From the NCBI RefSeq assembly GCF_009914755.1, contig NC_060934.1: a stretch of 64,000 nucleotides of DNA; one strand, given 5' to 3'. The notes under the pieces are model-generated. The model saw nothing but the letters and a program-made list of their open reading frames with translations, was not told the origin of the DNA and ran no database searches. This document shows, piece after piece, positions 43,234 through 59,397 of this stretch (position 1 is the stretch's first letter; each line of letters opens with the position of its first letter). The position numbers were made by a program, and so were the translations under genes. The stretch is from the human T2T-CHM13v2.0 reference genome, Homo sapiens.

Positions 43234-43360
43234 AAAAATAGCCTCTTTCAGTAATTAAAAAAGACGTATTTTATAATAAAATAGTTTTTAGTAAATAAAA
43301 TATATGTATTTTATATTAAAATAGGCTTTTTCAGTAAATAAAAAAATATATATAAAATTA
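43234..43360. repeat. Degenerate ~42-bp AT-rich minisatellite (3 units)
   Basis: aaaatag..ttt(c)agtaa(a/t)taaaa..gtattttata repeated. Confidence 0.75.
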
Positions 43361-45666
43361 TATATGTGTATATAGCTTAATGACTAGCTATACTGTGTGG
43401 CTGTTTAGTTCAGTATTTTTAAAGCAGGAAACCAAAACAAGCAAACAAAGCTTATAGTCACATAGTTTTTTTTTTTTTTTTAACTTCCAGAGGCTATGTC
43501 ATATACTTATATAAAAGGATTCTGAACAAAGTAAATGCTCAGTAGCCTTTTGCAAATGGATACATTGTGGAATACAGGCTTGAGACCTGACTATTAAATC
43601 TTACAGACTGAATTAATTAAAGGCCCCTGAGTGGTATACTCTGGAATAGATTCAGTTTTTAAAAAGTAAAGCAGAATTTTGAGGGCTTCAGGTACAATTT
43701 TCATAATTGCCCTGGGTCTCAAGGCTGGTCTATTAGTTGGACCAGTCCAAGTTCACTTTATTTACTGGGGAATTTATTGATGTGTTTGTGAGAAATATAC
43801 ATTTCACTGTCATTTCTCAAAATACACAGGGGATTTTTTCCTTGAGCCTATAATACCAATAGATACAGATTTTTGAAACACTACTGCACCATTCCTCTAA
43901 TGTATATTAGAGTGAGCTTCAGACATACTTGCATTTGTTTTCTGAGTAAAACTATTGGAATATAATATCCTCTCCCCAAACTACCCCCTGGCCCCCAAAT
44001 AAACCAAATCTTCAGATAAAATTGGTAGCACTGAAATTGAGGATATCTAAAAACAGCAACCTGTAACCTTGGGAATTTTGAGTGATATAAATACAATGAC
44101 TGAAAGCATTTTTTAACCACAGAATTTTTGCCTTTTATACTTAGACAGTTGCAAGGTTGTTGAGTTGCTCTCTTTGTGGTCCATATCAAAATGCTTATGT
44201 TTGGGAACTACACAATTCACATTTTATGACTTTTTTTTTTCCTTTTTCTCAAATGAATCACTATTTGTAACTAACTTGTAATTTCTGATTCAATTCCCAG
44301 CCAAACAGGCAAACACACTTTCTGAATAGTGATAGAAATTCTATACCTGTTTATTTACTATCTGTTTGTCAATGAGTCAGAAACCGACAATTTTTTATAC
44401 ATACCTTCTGGATTGATTTAGCATTCTGAAAAAATTTCCTGTCTGTCTTTCAAATGTAAGAAAACTGACTTCAGTATTTTCAGTCTTTCCCGTCTGATAC
44501 AGAAACGATATTGTGTATTTCACAGAGAAAATAATGCCTTTTCTATCACATTAAATCTTTCTGACTTATCACAAAAACCTGGTTTTGGTTACATCATCCC
44601 TCAAACTTGCCTGTTTCTGGGGAAACATGCCTATTCTAATTAGCAGTAAATCAAAAGTTCTTTCTTTCTGATAGAACAAGACTGTGAAATAAATTGTGAT
44701 TTGGTGCGCTGTATCAGCAAGCATCAGTGATTAGGAAGACGGGCTGACAAGGCCATTAAGACTGCCCCAAGGAAACTCCACCCATTTAAAGAGAGACTGG
44801 GGGTGGGGGACTACATTTTCTGTGGTTTTACGGCTGATCACTGTTTCCTCATATGAAATTCACCATAATTGACAACCAGACTGGTAATACACAGGATGCG
44901 TTAGTCTAAATATTTGAAGGTGCTTTTTTTTTTTTTTTTTGTAATCTAATGAAGCAGGACTTTTGGAATTGAATCAACAGGAACATGAGGTCATAGTTAC
45001 AAGCAACAACTGAAAACATAAAAATAAATGGGAAAAGGCTATGCTCCTCTGGAGAAAAGAGGAATTTGATGTGGATTATTCTGTTAAATGCACACTTAGA
45101 TTTAGCAAAAAGCTGTACAAATAATTAGCCTGAGTTACCTGGCTTGTCTGGCTATAGTTGCCAAAGTCATAAGTTGAACAATTCTCCAATTTACTTTATT
45201 TGTGTGGATAGCCCCCACATTATAATAGATCTTGAAAATAATTTTTTTGTGTGTGCAGCTCATCTAGGTAAACTCTGGTTAGTTATAAATCTAAATTAAT
45301 TTTAAAATTATCAACAATAGTGATAATACATCAAGGACATAGAGGACAATATTGATAAATATAGAAACCACTAGTCTTTAGTAATTAAGAAGTGATTTGC
45401 AAGAAATCAGAGAACACATATTGTGTGTCTCATTGGACTCAGTGAACATATTGAGAATAAATGAGTGGACATCTGAGAAATATTTGGTAGACTAGTTGAA
45501 GTCTTTGCTCTCCTTCTTTCTCTTTCATCTCTTTATCAAACTCTAAGTACTTTCTGCTATGGACTATATGCACTCTCCTCTATAGTTTTCAGCACTGGTA
45601 CATGTAAATTTAAACTGAAGTCATTAAAAATACTTTAGTCCAGGGCCTTAAAACAGCTAATACAAA

Positions 45667-46054
<388 letters not shown>

Positions 46055-46591
46055 TCATAAACTCATTCATTTTAACAAAAATTTAGTAAAGACCTGCTAT
46101 GTTCCAGGTACTGTTCTAGGCAATAGAGATAAAGCAATAAACAAAACAGATAAAATGTATGAATGAATCAATAGGTATATTACTAGAGTATTCAGTGGAC
46201 AGGTTTGAGATAAACTCAATTCTTTCAGGGAATTTTCTTTTTTAATGTCTGAATTTTCACAACTACAAGCAAATGAATGCACATAAATGTATTCAGAACT
46301 TGTAGGTCTGCGGCATCACCTGCTAAAAGGAATACAAGGCCTGATAAAATAGAATCTAGATCCTATTATTGTTTCTAACGATATTGGTAGTGATGAGATA
46401 TTAGACAAGGCATGGAATATGTCGTTATAAGGAAAACAGCACCTGGAGGCAAATGGTTTCAAACACGGCACTTCAAATTTACTCATCCCCTCTGTTACTT
46501 AGTTTTCTTGGGAATACAATGTTAAGTAATAATCACTGTTTCATTAGATTGGACTGAAGATTAAATAAGGCCAAAAATGAAAATTGAGTGA

Positions 46592-46925
<334 letters not shown>

Positions 46926-47858
46926 TAATAGATATGGTTACATTAATTTTCCTTCTATTTCTCCTCAGCTTTGATTCCCTCATCTGTGAAACAATGAAGG
47001 TAGACTAGCATTTCTGCCACCTTTCTCACAGCCCACATTTTCAAAATATTCTAGGCCTATAAGCCTTGCTGATTATACTGGGATCCCTGACAAGGAACAC
47101 TTACTGCATTTTAAATAAATATATATTCCAGAGAAACGTAATGACTTGTTGCAGTTTTCTTGGCTTTTATTTTCAGACCATAGAAATGATTCAGAACAAT
47201 GATGTGATAATAGTCTGTGGTTTGCTACTCATAGTTCTGAGGTACATTTTTCTCAATCTGCTGCTTTAGTGGATACCATGCTTTTGTTTTTGCTTTTGTT
47301 TTTCTCTAAGCATATGAAATGCTCAAGCCTATTTTTCAGAAACCTTATTTATTTTTTTGAATGGATAGTTTCAGCTCATGGAATTTGTTAGTCCACCCCT
47401 CATTACATTGCTTCTGACTTTGAATGATGGAGGAAATAGCTTTGGGTGGGTAGCCAGCCAGTCTGACTAGGCCATTGGGCACAGGCTCCCTGGTCACTGG
47501 GATCACTAACGCCTAATGCTTCTCTAATTATAGACATGTCTCATTCCTGGCTATTTAACGGCCTCACCGCAGGGAGTGACTCCACATCCTGACTGGAAGC
47601 CTACCTTCATTAGCTTAAACTGTACATCATAACCCTCTAGTTTTGCAATAACCCAAGGGACCCTCCCTCCCAGGATGGTGGCACTGTGACAATGCTGGTA
47701 TTTTAACATGGAGGCAGATGATAAGATTTATGACTTCCAGCTTTAAAATGAAAAAGGTAAAACTCTATATGATATTTTCAAAAGAAGTCGTCTATGCCGA
47801 TAATGGAGAAGATGCAGGGAGTTTGTTCTGCCCATTTTCTTCTTAAAAGTGTCCTTTC

Positions 47859-48202
<344 letters not shown>

Positions 48203-48374
48203 CTATAGTAAGACTCTCAGTGCTACTGAAGTTGAATAAGAATGGAGACTTTAAAAACAAACGAGCCTGTAAAGAGACTTAATAACTGATTCAAGGTGTA
48301 ATACCTACAAGTGAAAGAATTATCACTTAAATTAGAACGTTGATGTCCTTATTCATGCTTTGCTTTTCATAATA

Positions 48375-48711
48375 CAATCATGGGTTGCCGCTTAAGGATG
48401 AGGATACATTCTGAGAAATATGTTGTTAGGTGATGTTGTGCAAATGACATAGAGTATACTTACACAAACCTAGATGGTATAGCCTACTACACAGGTAGGC
48501 GATATGGTATAGCCTATTGCTTCTAGGCTAAAAACTGTATAGCATGTTACTATACTGAATGCTGCAGGCAATTGTAATACAATGCCTTGTATTTGTGTAT
48601 TTAAATATAAATCAGAAAAGGTACAGTAAAATATGGTATTACGATCTTCCGGGACCACTGCTGTATGTGTAGTCTGTCACTGATTAAAATGCATTATGAA
48701 ACTCATGACTA
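48375..48711. mobile_element. Tigger3a-like DNA transposon relic
   Basis: TA-caatcatg ... catgacta-TA termini; ttctgagaaat, acacaaacctagatggtatagcctactacac. Confidence 0.88.
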
Positions 48712-48714
48712 TAC

Positions 48715-48980
48715 TAATAATAATCCTTTACACCACCTTTTATGGAAAACCCTTCATATACTAAGCCCTGTGCTAAGCACTGTAGATATTTGTTATCTTC
48801 CTAGATATTCTCCCAAGCACTGCAAGGTAGGTTGTCTCCATTTGTACAGAAAAAAACTAAGGTTCAGACAACTTTAGTAAGTGGCCAAAGTCACACAACC
48901 TATGACAAGTCTGAGATTTGAACTCTGCTTTACTTCATTCTCAACCCTATGCTCTTACTCCCATTCCACGCTGCTTCCTT
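48715..48980 (-). mobile_element. MIR
   Basis: ctgtgctaagcact...ccatttgtacagaaaaaaaactaaggttcaga...ccaaagtcacaca...gatttgaac. Confidence 0.85.
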
Positions 48981-50269
48981 GAGGCTTTGTTGCTGATGAT
49001 AACATAATGTCTAAGACATTTAAGAGGGCAGAGTTCTTGCCTCTGTGCTTTTGGTAATTTTGAGTCTTAAACTTCTATTACACTAATAATATAATTTTCA
49101 TAACAATAATAACAGTAAGTGGTGCCTATTGAACATTTATTATGGGTCATGTACATAATACTCTTAATCTTTAAAATAATTCCTATATTTTTATCTTCAG
49201 GTGAAGATCTTGGGGCTTAGAAAGGTTACATAGATGGCATGCTGTTACACCTAGGTAATGGAGCTCACTTTCATTAATTACATTGTCTCTCATAGTAGCT
49301 CTTAATCGAATGCATTATGTTGATATGTATTTTGTGTTGTCTTCCTGGTCACACAGTGAGATTCTTAAGAGCAGGGACCACAAACCTGTATAGTTTCCTT
49401 ATTGCTTAAAACTGTGTCTGGTCCATAATAAGCATTCAATAGATAGCTGTGGAATGATGACCAGTTTTACTTATGTTTGAGTCAGTCATTAACTTTTTCA
49501 ATTGAACAGATCTCACATAATGGAGAAAACTGTCAGAACGTTTAGAAGCTGACGCATGAGAAATGAGTGCATGACTAAGTCATATATTATAAAATTATTG
49601 CTTTATACATTCTTCTAGTTACCATAAAACCTTTTTATTTAGCAGCTAAATCTTTCATTACTGGTTCACACTGACCACAGTGTTTTGAGAAATATTTAAT
49701 ACTGTAAATGGAAGTAGCAAACCAGAAAGAAATGATAATTTTATGACATATCAACAAAAAAGAAGAAAGACAATTCTCTATTCAAAACAGGGCACCTTTA
49801 AAGACTAATAGTTCTGTGAAAAGAAGGAAGATATTTTCTGTGTATTTTCCTCACCTTACTTCTAAATAATTCATACATTGTTATTTAACATGCTATAAGT
49901 GAATATTGAAGGAATAAATGAAAGAATAAAAAATTAGAGTTGCCTAATGGCATTTAATCTGACTAAAGTTAATTTTGGCTCACTCAGAATAATAACCTGT
50001 TCTGCAACTCTCAAAGCTAAAAAGGAAATTTAGGGACCCCCTAAAAGAAAAAAATATCCTCATTTAACTGGTATTTAAATGAAATGTAGAGACTTTAATT
50101 TTGCACAGCTAATTAGACCTAGAATTAGAAATCAGTTTTGGAGGCTCATTGCTAGGCATCTTGTCCACAGCAAAATAAAACTATTTATTTTTTCATAGAA
50201 TTCGTAATTTTATTATATTTTCATACGTATATGTTTTAGTATTTCTTCAAAAATCTACAAAGCAATTAT

Positions 50270-51365
<1,096 letters not shown>

Positions 51366-51404
51366 ACTAAGATAAAATATAGAATTATATATATTATTAA
51401 AAAA

Positions 51405-51693
51405 TTTTTTTTGAGACAGAGTCTTGCTATGTCGCCCAGACTGGAGCGTAGTGGTGCCATCTCCGCTCACTGTAATCTCCGCCTGCTGGGTTCAAGTGAT
51501 TTTTCCTGTCTTAGCCTCCAAGTAGCTGGGATTACAGGCACATGCCACCATGCCTCGCTAATTTTTGTATTTTTAGTAGAGACAGGGTTTCATCATGCTG
51601 GCCAGAATGGTCTCGAACTCCTGACCTCAAGTGATCTGCCTGCCTCGGCCTCCCAAATGTTGGGATTACAGATGTGAGCCACCATGCCCAGAC
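51405..51693 (-). mobile_element. AluS (Sz-like), followed by (TA)n to ~51728
   Basis: ctgacctcaagtgatc; full dimer. Confidence 0.94.
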
Positions 51694-52581
51694 AATATAT
51701 ATATATATATTATATATATATGTATATAAAATGGTGATGGATATAAAATATCTAATTTACTCATTAATGTAATAATTTGAACAAATACATTTATCATATG
51801 GGAATAAATGCAGTATCTTTTTTAAAAAAATTAACTGGTATTCTAGCCAGAGACAGTATAACATTTGATCTTTTAAAATATAGCAATAGCAAATATTAAT
51901 AGACATAAATATATTTACTCAGTTCTTAATATTTGTTTTTTCCAAGAGTTTAAAAATTTTCCTATTCTTCTTGTTATTGATTTCTAGTTTATTCCATTGT
52001 AATTATATAACTCACTCTACAATTTCAATTCTTTTAAAAATGTTAATGTTGGTTTTATGACCCAAGATGTGGTCTATCTTGGTATATGTTTCATGGGTGC
52101 TTGAAAATCATGTCAATTCTGGTGTTCTGTAAATGTCAATTAAATCCTATTGGTTGATGGTATTGTCCAGTTCTTCTGTATTCTTGTGGATTTCTGTCTA
52201 GTTGTTCTATCAATTGTTTATTGATGAATGTTGAAGTCTACAAATATAATCGTGGAGTTGTCTATTTCCTCTTCAAGTTGTATCAGTTTTGCTTCATGTA
52301 TATTATAGCTCTGATGTTTGGTGCATTTAGGTCTATACATCTTCTTGGTAGATTGACCTTTCTATCATTATGTAAGGTCCCTATCTTTCTGGTAATTTCT
52401 TTACTTTGAAGTCTACATTATTAATCTAGTCCCTCCCGATATCTTTTGATTAATATTTGCATTGTGTATCTTTTCCATCCTCTCTCTTTCAACTTGCTTA
52501 TATCCTTATATTTGATGTGAATTTCCTGTAGACCACACATAGTTGGATCATGTTTTTAAATCCATTCTGTTAACTTCTGTC

Positions 52582-52881
<300 letters not shown>

Positions 52882-53882
52882 AAATCTCCATCTTTTAATT
52901 GGTGTACTTAGACCATTTACACTTAATGGAAGGATAGATATATTAGGCCTTAAATCTGCATTTTATTTTTTTCTTCTGTTTTATTTTTCATTTTTCTGTT
53001 TTGTTTTTGATGGCTTTCTGTAAGTTAATTAAATTGAACATTTTTTAGAATTTTATTTTGATTTATCTATAATGTCTTAGGTATGATATTGTATATACAT
53101 ATTTTATCACAGCCTATTGGTATCAACATTTTACCAACTCAAGTGAAATATGAAAATCTTACTTTTCTTTACCCTCTCCCACTCATAATTGTCTAACATA
53201 TTTCCTCTACATACATTGTGAATCACATTAAACAGCATTATAATTATTGCTTCAACTATTAAACAAAATTTAGAAACCTTAACAGAAAAGGAAATGTATT
53301 TTTACTTTTTCTGTTTTTTTTTTTCTTCATGATGTTCTAATATCTATTTTTCTTCTGTTTGGAGAACTTCCTTTAACCATTCTTCTAGAATATGTTTGCT
53401 AGTGACAAATTGTCTTAGCTTTGCTTCAATGAAAATGTCTTGATTTCCTCTTAATTTGTAAGGGTGTTCTAACTGGATATAGATTTTTGGATTAATAGTT
53501 ATTTTTTCCAGCACTTAAAAAATTCTATGCTACTTTCTTCTGGCCTCCATGGTTTGTGATGACAAATCTGTTATCATCCTAATTATCTTTCCTCCTAAAG
53601 AAAAGATCTCACTCTTCTCTCCCTGCTTTCAAAATATTTACTTTGTTGTTATTGTTCAGAAGTTTGACTATGATGGTGGCTTTGGTGTGATTTCTTTGAG
53701 TTTACCCTGTTAGTTTTTCACTCTGCTTCTTGAATTTGTTGGTTTATGGCTTTTGCCAAATTTGAGAATTATTAGCCATTATTTCTTTGAATATATTTTC
53801 AGCTCTTTTTTCTTTCTCTCTCCTTCTTGGACTTTGATGACAGTACTATTAGACCTTTTGTTGTAGTCTCACAGGTCCCTGA

Positions 53883-54198
<316 letters not shown>

Positions 54199-56443
54199 TT
54201 TCTTGTCGTTTTTTTATTTTGTCTCTGATCTTCAGATTTGGTAATTTCTATTGCTTCACTCTTAAGTTCCCTGATGAGTCTTTCTTCTGTCCTTTGTATT
54301 CTATTGTTGAGGCCATCCATTGAATTTATTTTTAAAGTCTTCTTTATTATATTCTTCCATTTTAAAGTTTTTATTTGTGTTTTTAAATACCTTCTATTTT
54401 TCTTTATTTTGATTGCTGAAACTTTCTATTTCTTCGTCAACATTTTCTCTTTTAAAAAATTTGTTTCAGTAATGTTTGTATTGCTCATTGAAATGTTTTA
54501 TTATGGTTGCTTTAAAATCCCTCTTAGATAATTCTAAAATCTATGCCACCTTGATGTTGCATCTATTGATTGTCCTTTCTCATTCATGTTGAAATTGTCT
54601 TGTTTCTTGGTATACGGAGTGATTTTTCTATTGAAATCTAGACAATTAAGTTATTATAAGACTCAGTGTCTTTTTTCAATGTTCTGTTTCAGCAGGTTTC
54701 CTCTGATATCATTCTGGCAAGAGAAAGGTAGACATCGCCTTTCACTGCCAGGTGGGATGGAAATCCAAATTTCTCACTCAGCCTTCATTTGCAGGAGGGC
54801 CTCTTGGTTACTGCTGGATGGAGGTGGAACTTCTGGCATCCCAGTTAACCTCTGCTGATACCAGCCTGGCTAGGAGGGTCAGGGATGCCTTGTTACTACT
54901 TCTCAAGGGTCTTCCACTGACACCATGAGGTAGTATGGTCTTTATTACTGCTGAGTATAGTGAAAGTTCTGACTCTCTATTAGCTCTCCTTTGACACCAC
55001 TCTGGTAGTGGGACAGGGTGTTTCTACTGCAATGTAAGAATGGAAGTCCAGTTTTCTCATTTAACATCCTTGCATGTGTGGGCTTGTTCTTTCCCTGTGG
55101 ATGTAAAAGTCCTGGATATCTACTGAATCTTCTCTGACACCACTCTGGCGGGGAGGTTGGAGTATCTCATTGTGCCTAGAGAGGGTAAAAGCTACATTTA
55201 CACTCAGTCTTGGTTGTTTGGAGTTGGGAGTAGGGCCCCTGTTTTTTTTTTTTGTGATGTTTGGTTGGAGAAGAGCAGTTACTAAAAGTTTCTGTCTTGC
55301 TAGACATCTCCTCTCCTAGACCTTTGGATCAAGGCATCCAGCTTCTCTTGGGGCACTTTTTCTTTGTACCAGTTTGTTTTCCAGGTGGCCATCTTCTCCA
55401 GTGCCCAGTCTGGAATATGTGAGATGACAAGAAAACTTTAAAAACTTATTGTTGTATTCTTGCTTAGATTCTAAAACATTTAGCTAGTTGATCCTTTTTT
55501 CTCCATCTTGCAGAGTCTTCTTATGTTTGTTTTATATATAATGTCCAGGATTCTTACTTGTATTTACCAGGAAGAATAGAGGAAAAATACTTCAACTCTA
55601 TCTTTCTTGACGCAAGAGTCTCTTAAAATTTATTTTTTAGTTCTTCAAACTTGATTTCTTAAATGATATCATGACTTTCAGTTGTTACATCATAATAATA
55701 GGTGTAAAGTTTATAGAAAATACCTTTGGAAAATTCTATTAACATCTGTCACATACTATAACAAGCGTATATTTTTAAAGAGTCACAAAAAACTAGAGAA
55801 GAAAATGCTACTAACTTTTCAGTAATACAAATACAAAGTATATTACAAATGCTTTTCTGGTATATATTTGTATATCATGAAGGAAGGACATTATGTTAAC
55901 TTAGTTCTCAGTAAGATTGGAAAATCCTATAAATAAAAATACATTTAAATGTAAATGAAGGTCAGCTTATACACTTAATGAGTATTATTGATGAAAGTAC
56001 ACAATGATAATGGTAAAAGACAACCCAAAATTTCCTTTTAGATTAATGACTCTTACAGTATGCCAAATTAGTGATAAATAATAAGACAAGGTTTTAAAAA
56101 ATTAATTTCAAAACATTTAAAAGTTATATTTTATGTTGCTATAATAATGGAGGTTAATACTGTTAGGGTGTTGCCAATTCTACTATAACAGTGAAGTTAC
56201 CAGAATAATATTATGGAACATTGGGTAAGATCAGCAGAAATTTGTTGTTGTCATTGGTGTCACTGTTGTTGTAAAAAGTCCCCTAAATATTTTATTTTCT
56301 GAATTTTTAGCTGCAAGTCCATATTGGTAATGCAAGATTACTTTTTCTAGCAAGTAAATAAAGATAAATAGCATTTAGTATATAGTATTGACAATGACTG
56401 ATTTTTATTTTCCATTTCAGATGTTGGGTTTCAATGCAATTTA

Positions 56444-56676
<233 letters not shown>

Positions 56677-56809
56677 TTACCAATTTCTATTTAAACACAA
56701 CAATAATAACTAACAAATTTATATCAATGTATTCAGTTATGACTAGCGTTAATAACTTATGTACTGGCAAAATAGGAAATAGCTGAGTAGCCACGATCAG
56801 AGAGGTAGA

Positions 56810-56945
56810 GGGGTAATGTTCAGTTTCTAGAGTCAGGATAGTCTTGCTTCTAGTCTGTGTCTGTTACTCACTAGTTGTATGACCTTGGCAATTTACTTAA
56901 ACCTCTTGCCTTAAATTCTTCATTAGTAAATTGGAATAATCATAC
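56810..56945 (+). mobile_element. MIR fragment
   Basis: ctagagtcag...actagttgtatgaccttggcaatttacttaaacctct. Confidence 0.8.
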
Positions 56946-57934
56946 ATAATTGATACAAATGGATATCACTATTTCCAAATATCTCCTGAGGGGAAAAATG
57001 GAGAATGAATCCTGGAGCACTGAAGTGCCTGGTTTCAGGTGATCCCAGCCCCAGATGATGCACATTCTTCCTGGTGTTCAGTGGTCCAGTCTTTCTTCAG
57101 ACTTCAGAGATAGACGAATTTGCCATTTTGGCTTCAGCAAGTCAAGTTGTATGGTTTTTTAGTCATATAAGGCTGTCTGATTTATACTGATTAATTATAT
57201 TAGTGACAATATTTCTCTAGTCAGCCATTTTAAAACCTAAGATTGAAAAGTGGTCAATTTATAAGGATGGGAGAAATAAATACGTTGAGAGAGTGAAAAA
57301 GGCAAAACTATGGTTACCCTGAAGAGGTGAACCCCCAAAACACTGTAATAGCAGAAAACAGTAAGGCAGTTTGATAAGCATTTTGCAAAAACATGATCTA
57401 TTGAATATTGGTAGGTTATGTAAGAGGTACATAGACATGGTCCTACTTTGCAAGGGGTTCATCATCTGAGTCCTAATTTAATCAGCTACTCCGTCTTCTT
57501 CTTTCCTTTTTGCTCTTTTTTCTTCACTCTCTTTCTCAATCTTAATATCCTCATAATTGTTTTCAACATTCAAATCTCTGGCTTCAAATTCTTTTACTTG
57601 AATTGGGTAGTACCTCAATAAGATTTCCTGGCAATAAATCAGAATTTTAAAAGCTCTAACAGTTTTCTAGCTGCTTCTGACCATAAGGTTTTTCATACAT
57701 ATTTTATCAAAATAACTCCTAAGTATGATTTTTTTTCTTTCTAGCCCTATGGACTTCTAGTATTTTTGCTTCTATAAAACCTGCCCTTCCTTCATGATGT
57801 GATCTGAATACCAAATTGCTTCAAATCGTCTGTTCCAACTAGCCTGTCTAGAGCATAAAGTCATTGGATGTACCTTTAACTTAATGTCTGAAAAATGTCT
57901 TAATAAGTAGCTTTATTTTAAAACAAAAACCTAA

Positions 57935-58272
57935 CAACGAACAAGGTCATGTTCTCTGCAGCAACATGGATGGAGCTAGAGGTTATTATCCTAAGCGAAC
58001 TAACACAGGAACAGAAAACCAAATACTTATGTTCTCACTTATAATGGGAAGTAAACATTAAGTACATACAGACATAAAGAAGGAACAACAGACATCTGGC
58101 CCTACTTGAGGGTGGAGGCTAGGAGGAATGTGAGGATCAAAAAGATACCTTTCGGGTACTATGCTTATTACCTGGGTGATGAAATAATTTGCACACCAAA
58201 CTCCCATGACATGTAATTTCCTGTATAGCAAACCTGCAATTGTACCCCTGAACCTAAAATAAAAGTTTAAAG
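57935..58272 (+). mobile_element. L1PA15/16-like 3' end
   Basis: gcagcaacatggatggagctagagg...cctacttgagggtggagg...gggtactatgcttattacctgggtgatgaaataat. Confidence 0.9.
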
Positions 58273-58586
58273 AAACCTACGTAAAATACATTTAGTACTA
58301 TAATGAAGCTTGAATATATTGCACATGGTGATGAATGATAGAGATAATGCAAATTTCTCTTAACAAATTACTACATAAAAGAAATAAAAAGAGAAGAAGA
58401 AAACGTATAAGAAATCTGTGTTAGGGAGCTGGAGATAAAACACAAGTTGGTAAATCTATAATCATTAGCATCAATTTTGAGGATACCAAGAAGCGTGTAT
58501 GGCCTATAATAATTGAAGACAGTTTACTTAAACATTTTAGTTCATATTGACATATAAGAGGTCTCCATTACAGTTAGCTCCTATGT

Positions 58587-58694
58587 CAGTAGTTCTCAAA
58601 GGATGTGCTGACTAGCACATCTGAATTCAAGAATCTGGGCTTTAAACAAGCATCCAGTAGATGGTTTTCTAAAATAAAGTTTTAGAATAACTTG
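58587..58694. mobile_element. MER5-type fragment
   Basis: cagtagttctcaaa...gaatctg...ttaaacaagcatcc...aagttttagaataac. Confidence 0.6.
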
Positions 58695-59397
58695 CCTAAG
58701 CTATGTAAAAGTAACCCAGGGTCACTATTATATTTGAATCCAGATTATAGACATCTCTAATCCAGAAATTTTTACATTTAGCTCTTTGAAAGTTGTTCCT
58801 TATCCTAAGATTTGCAGTACTTGTACTGGAAGCCAGGTTGAAGAGAAATAATAATTAGGGGAAAATCAGGGTGTTACATGTCTTAAATTGTCTATCCTCA
58901 GCTATGGCCAATTTCATCATTGTATTTCTTCTATTTCTTATCATACTCAGGATTCAAAAGTACAATAAAGATTACTTATTCATTTCTTGAGCAAAAAAGT
59001 CTTGAATATGAACAACAAATTTACTATAAGGATGGTCACCAAAAATTATTTAAAAGAAAGAAAAATTAATAACTTAAATGTACATCTATGGAAGAATGGT
59101 CAAATATGATAAAGGCACAGGTATGGGATAATATTTAGCCAATATAAATCATGTTACATAACAGAATTTAATGTTCATTATATACTGATAAGCTAAAATA
59201 AAAGAAAATGAAAATGGTTAGAGTTTTCTCTTATATCTTAGTACAGGCAGAGATAGGATGGTCTTTTTTGGAACCTAATCAGACTCATCAATTTTTTTTC
59301 CAAATATAAGCAACTTATTATCTACATATCTGGTTTATAAAGCATGCAAAACTATAGTCCCTGCACTTCAGACCTGTGTGAGGAGTCTGTTCAAGCA

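Noticed and set aside
47532-47541. p53 element AGACATGTCT
   Set aside because: Perfect half-site only, with no adjacent second half; expected by chance in 64 kb.
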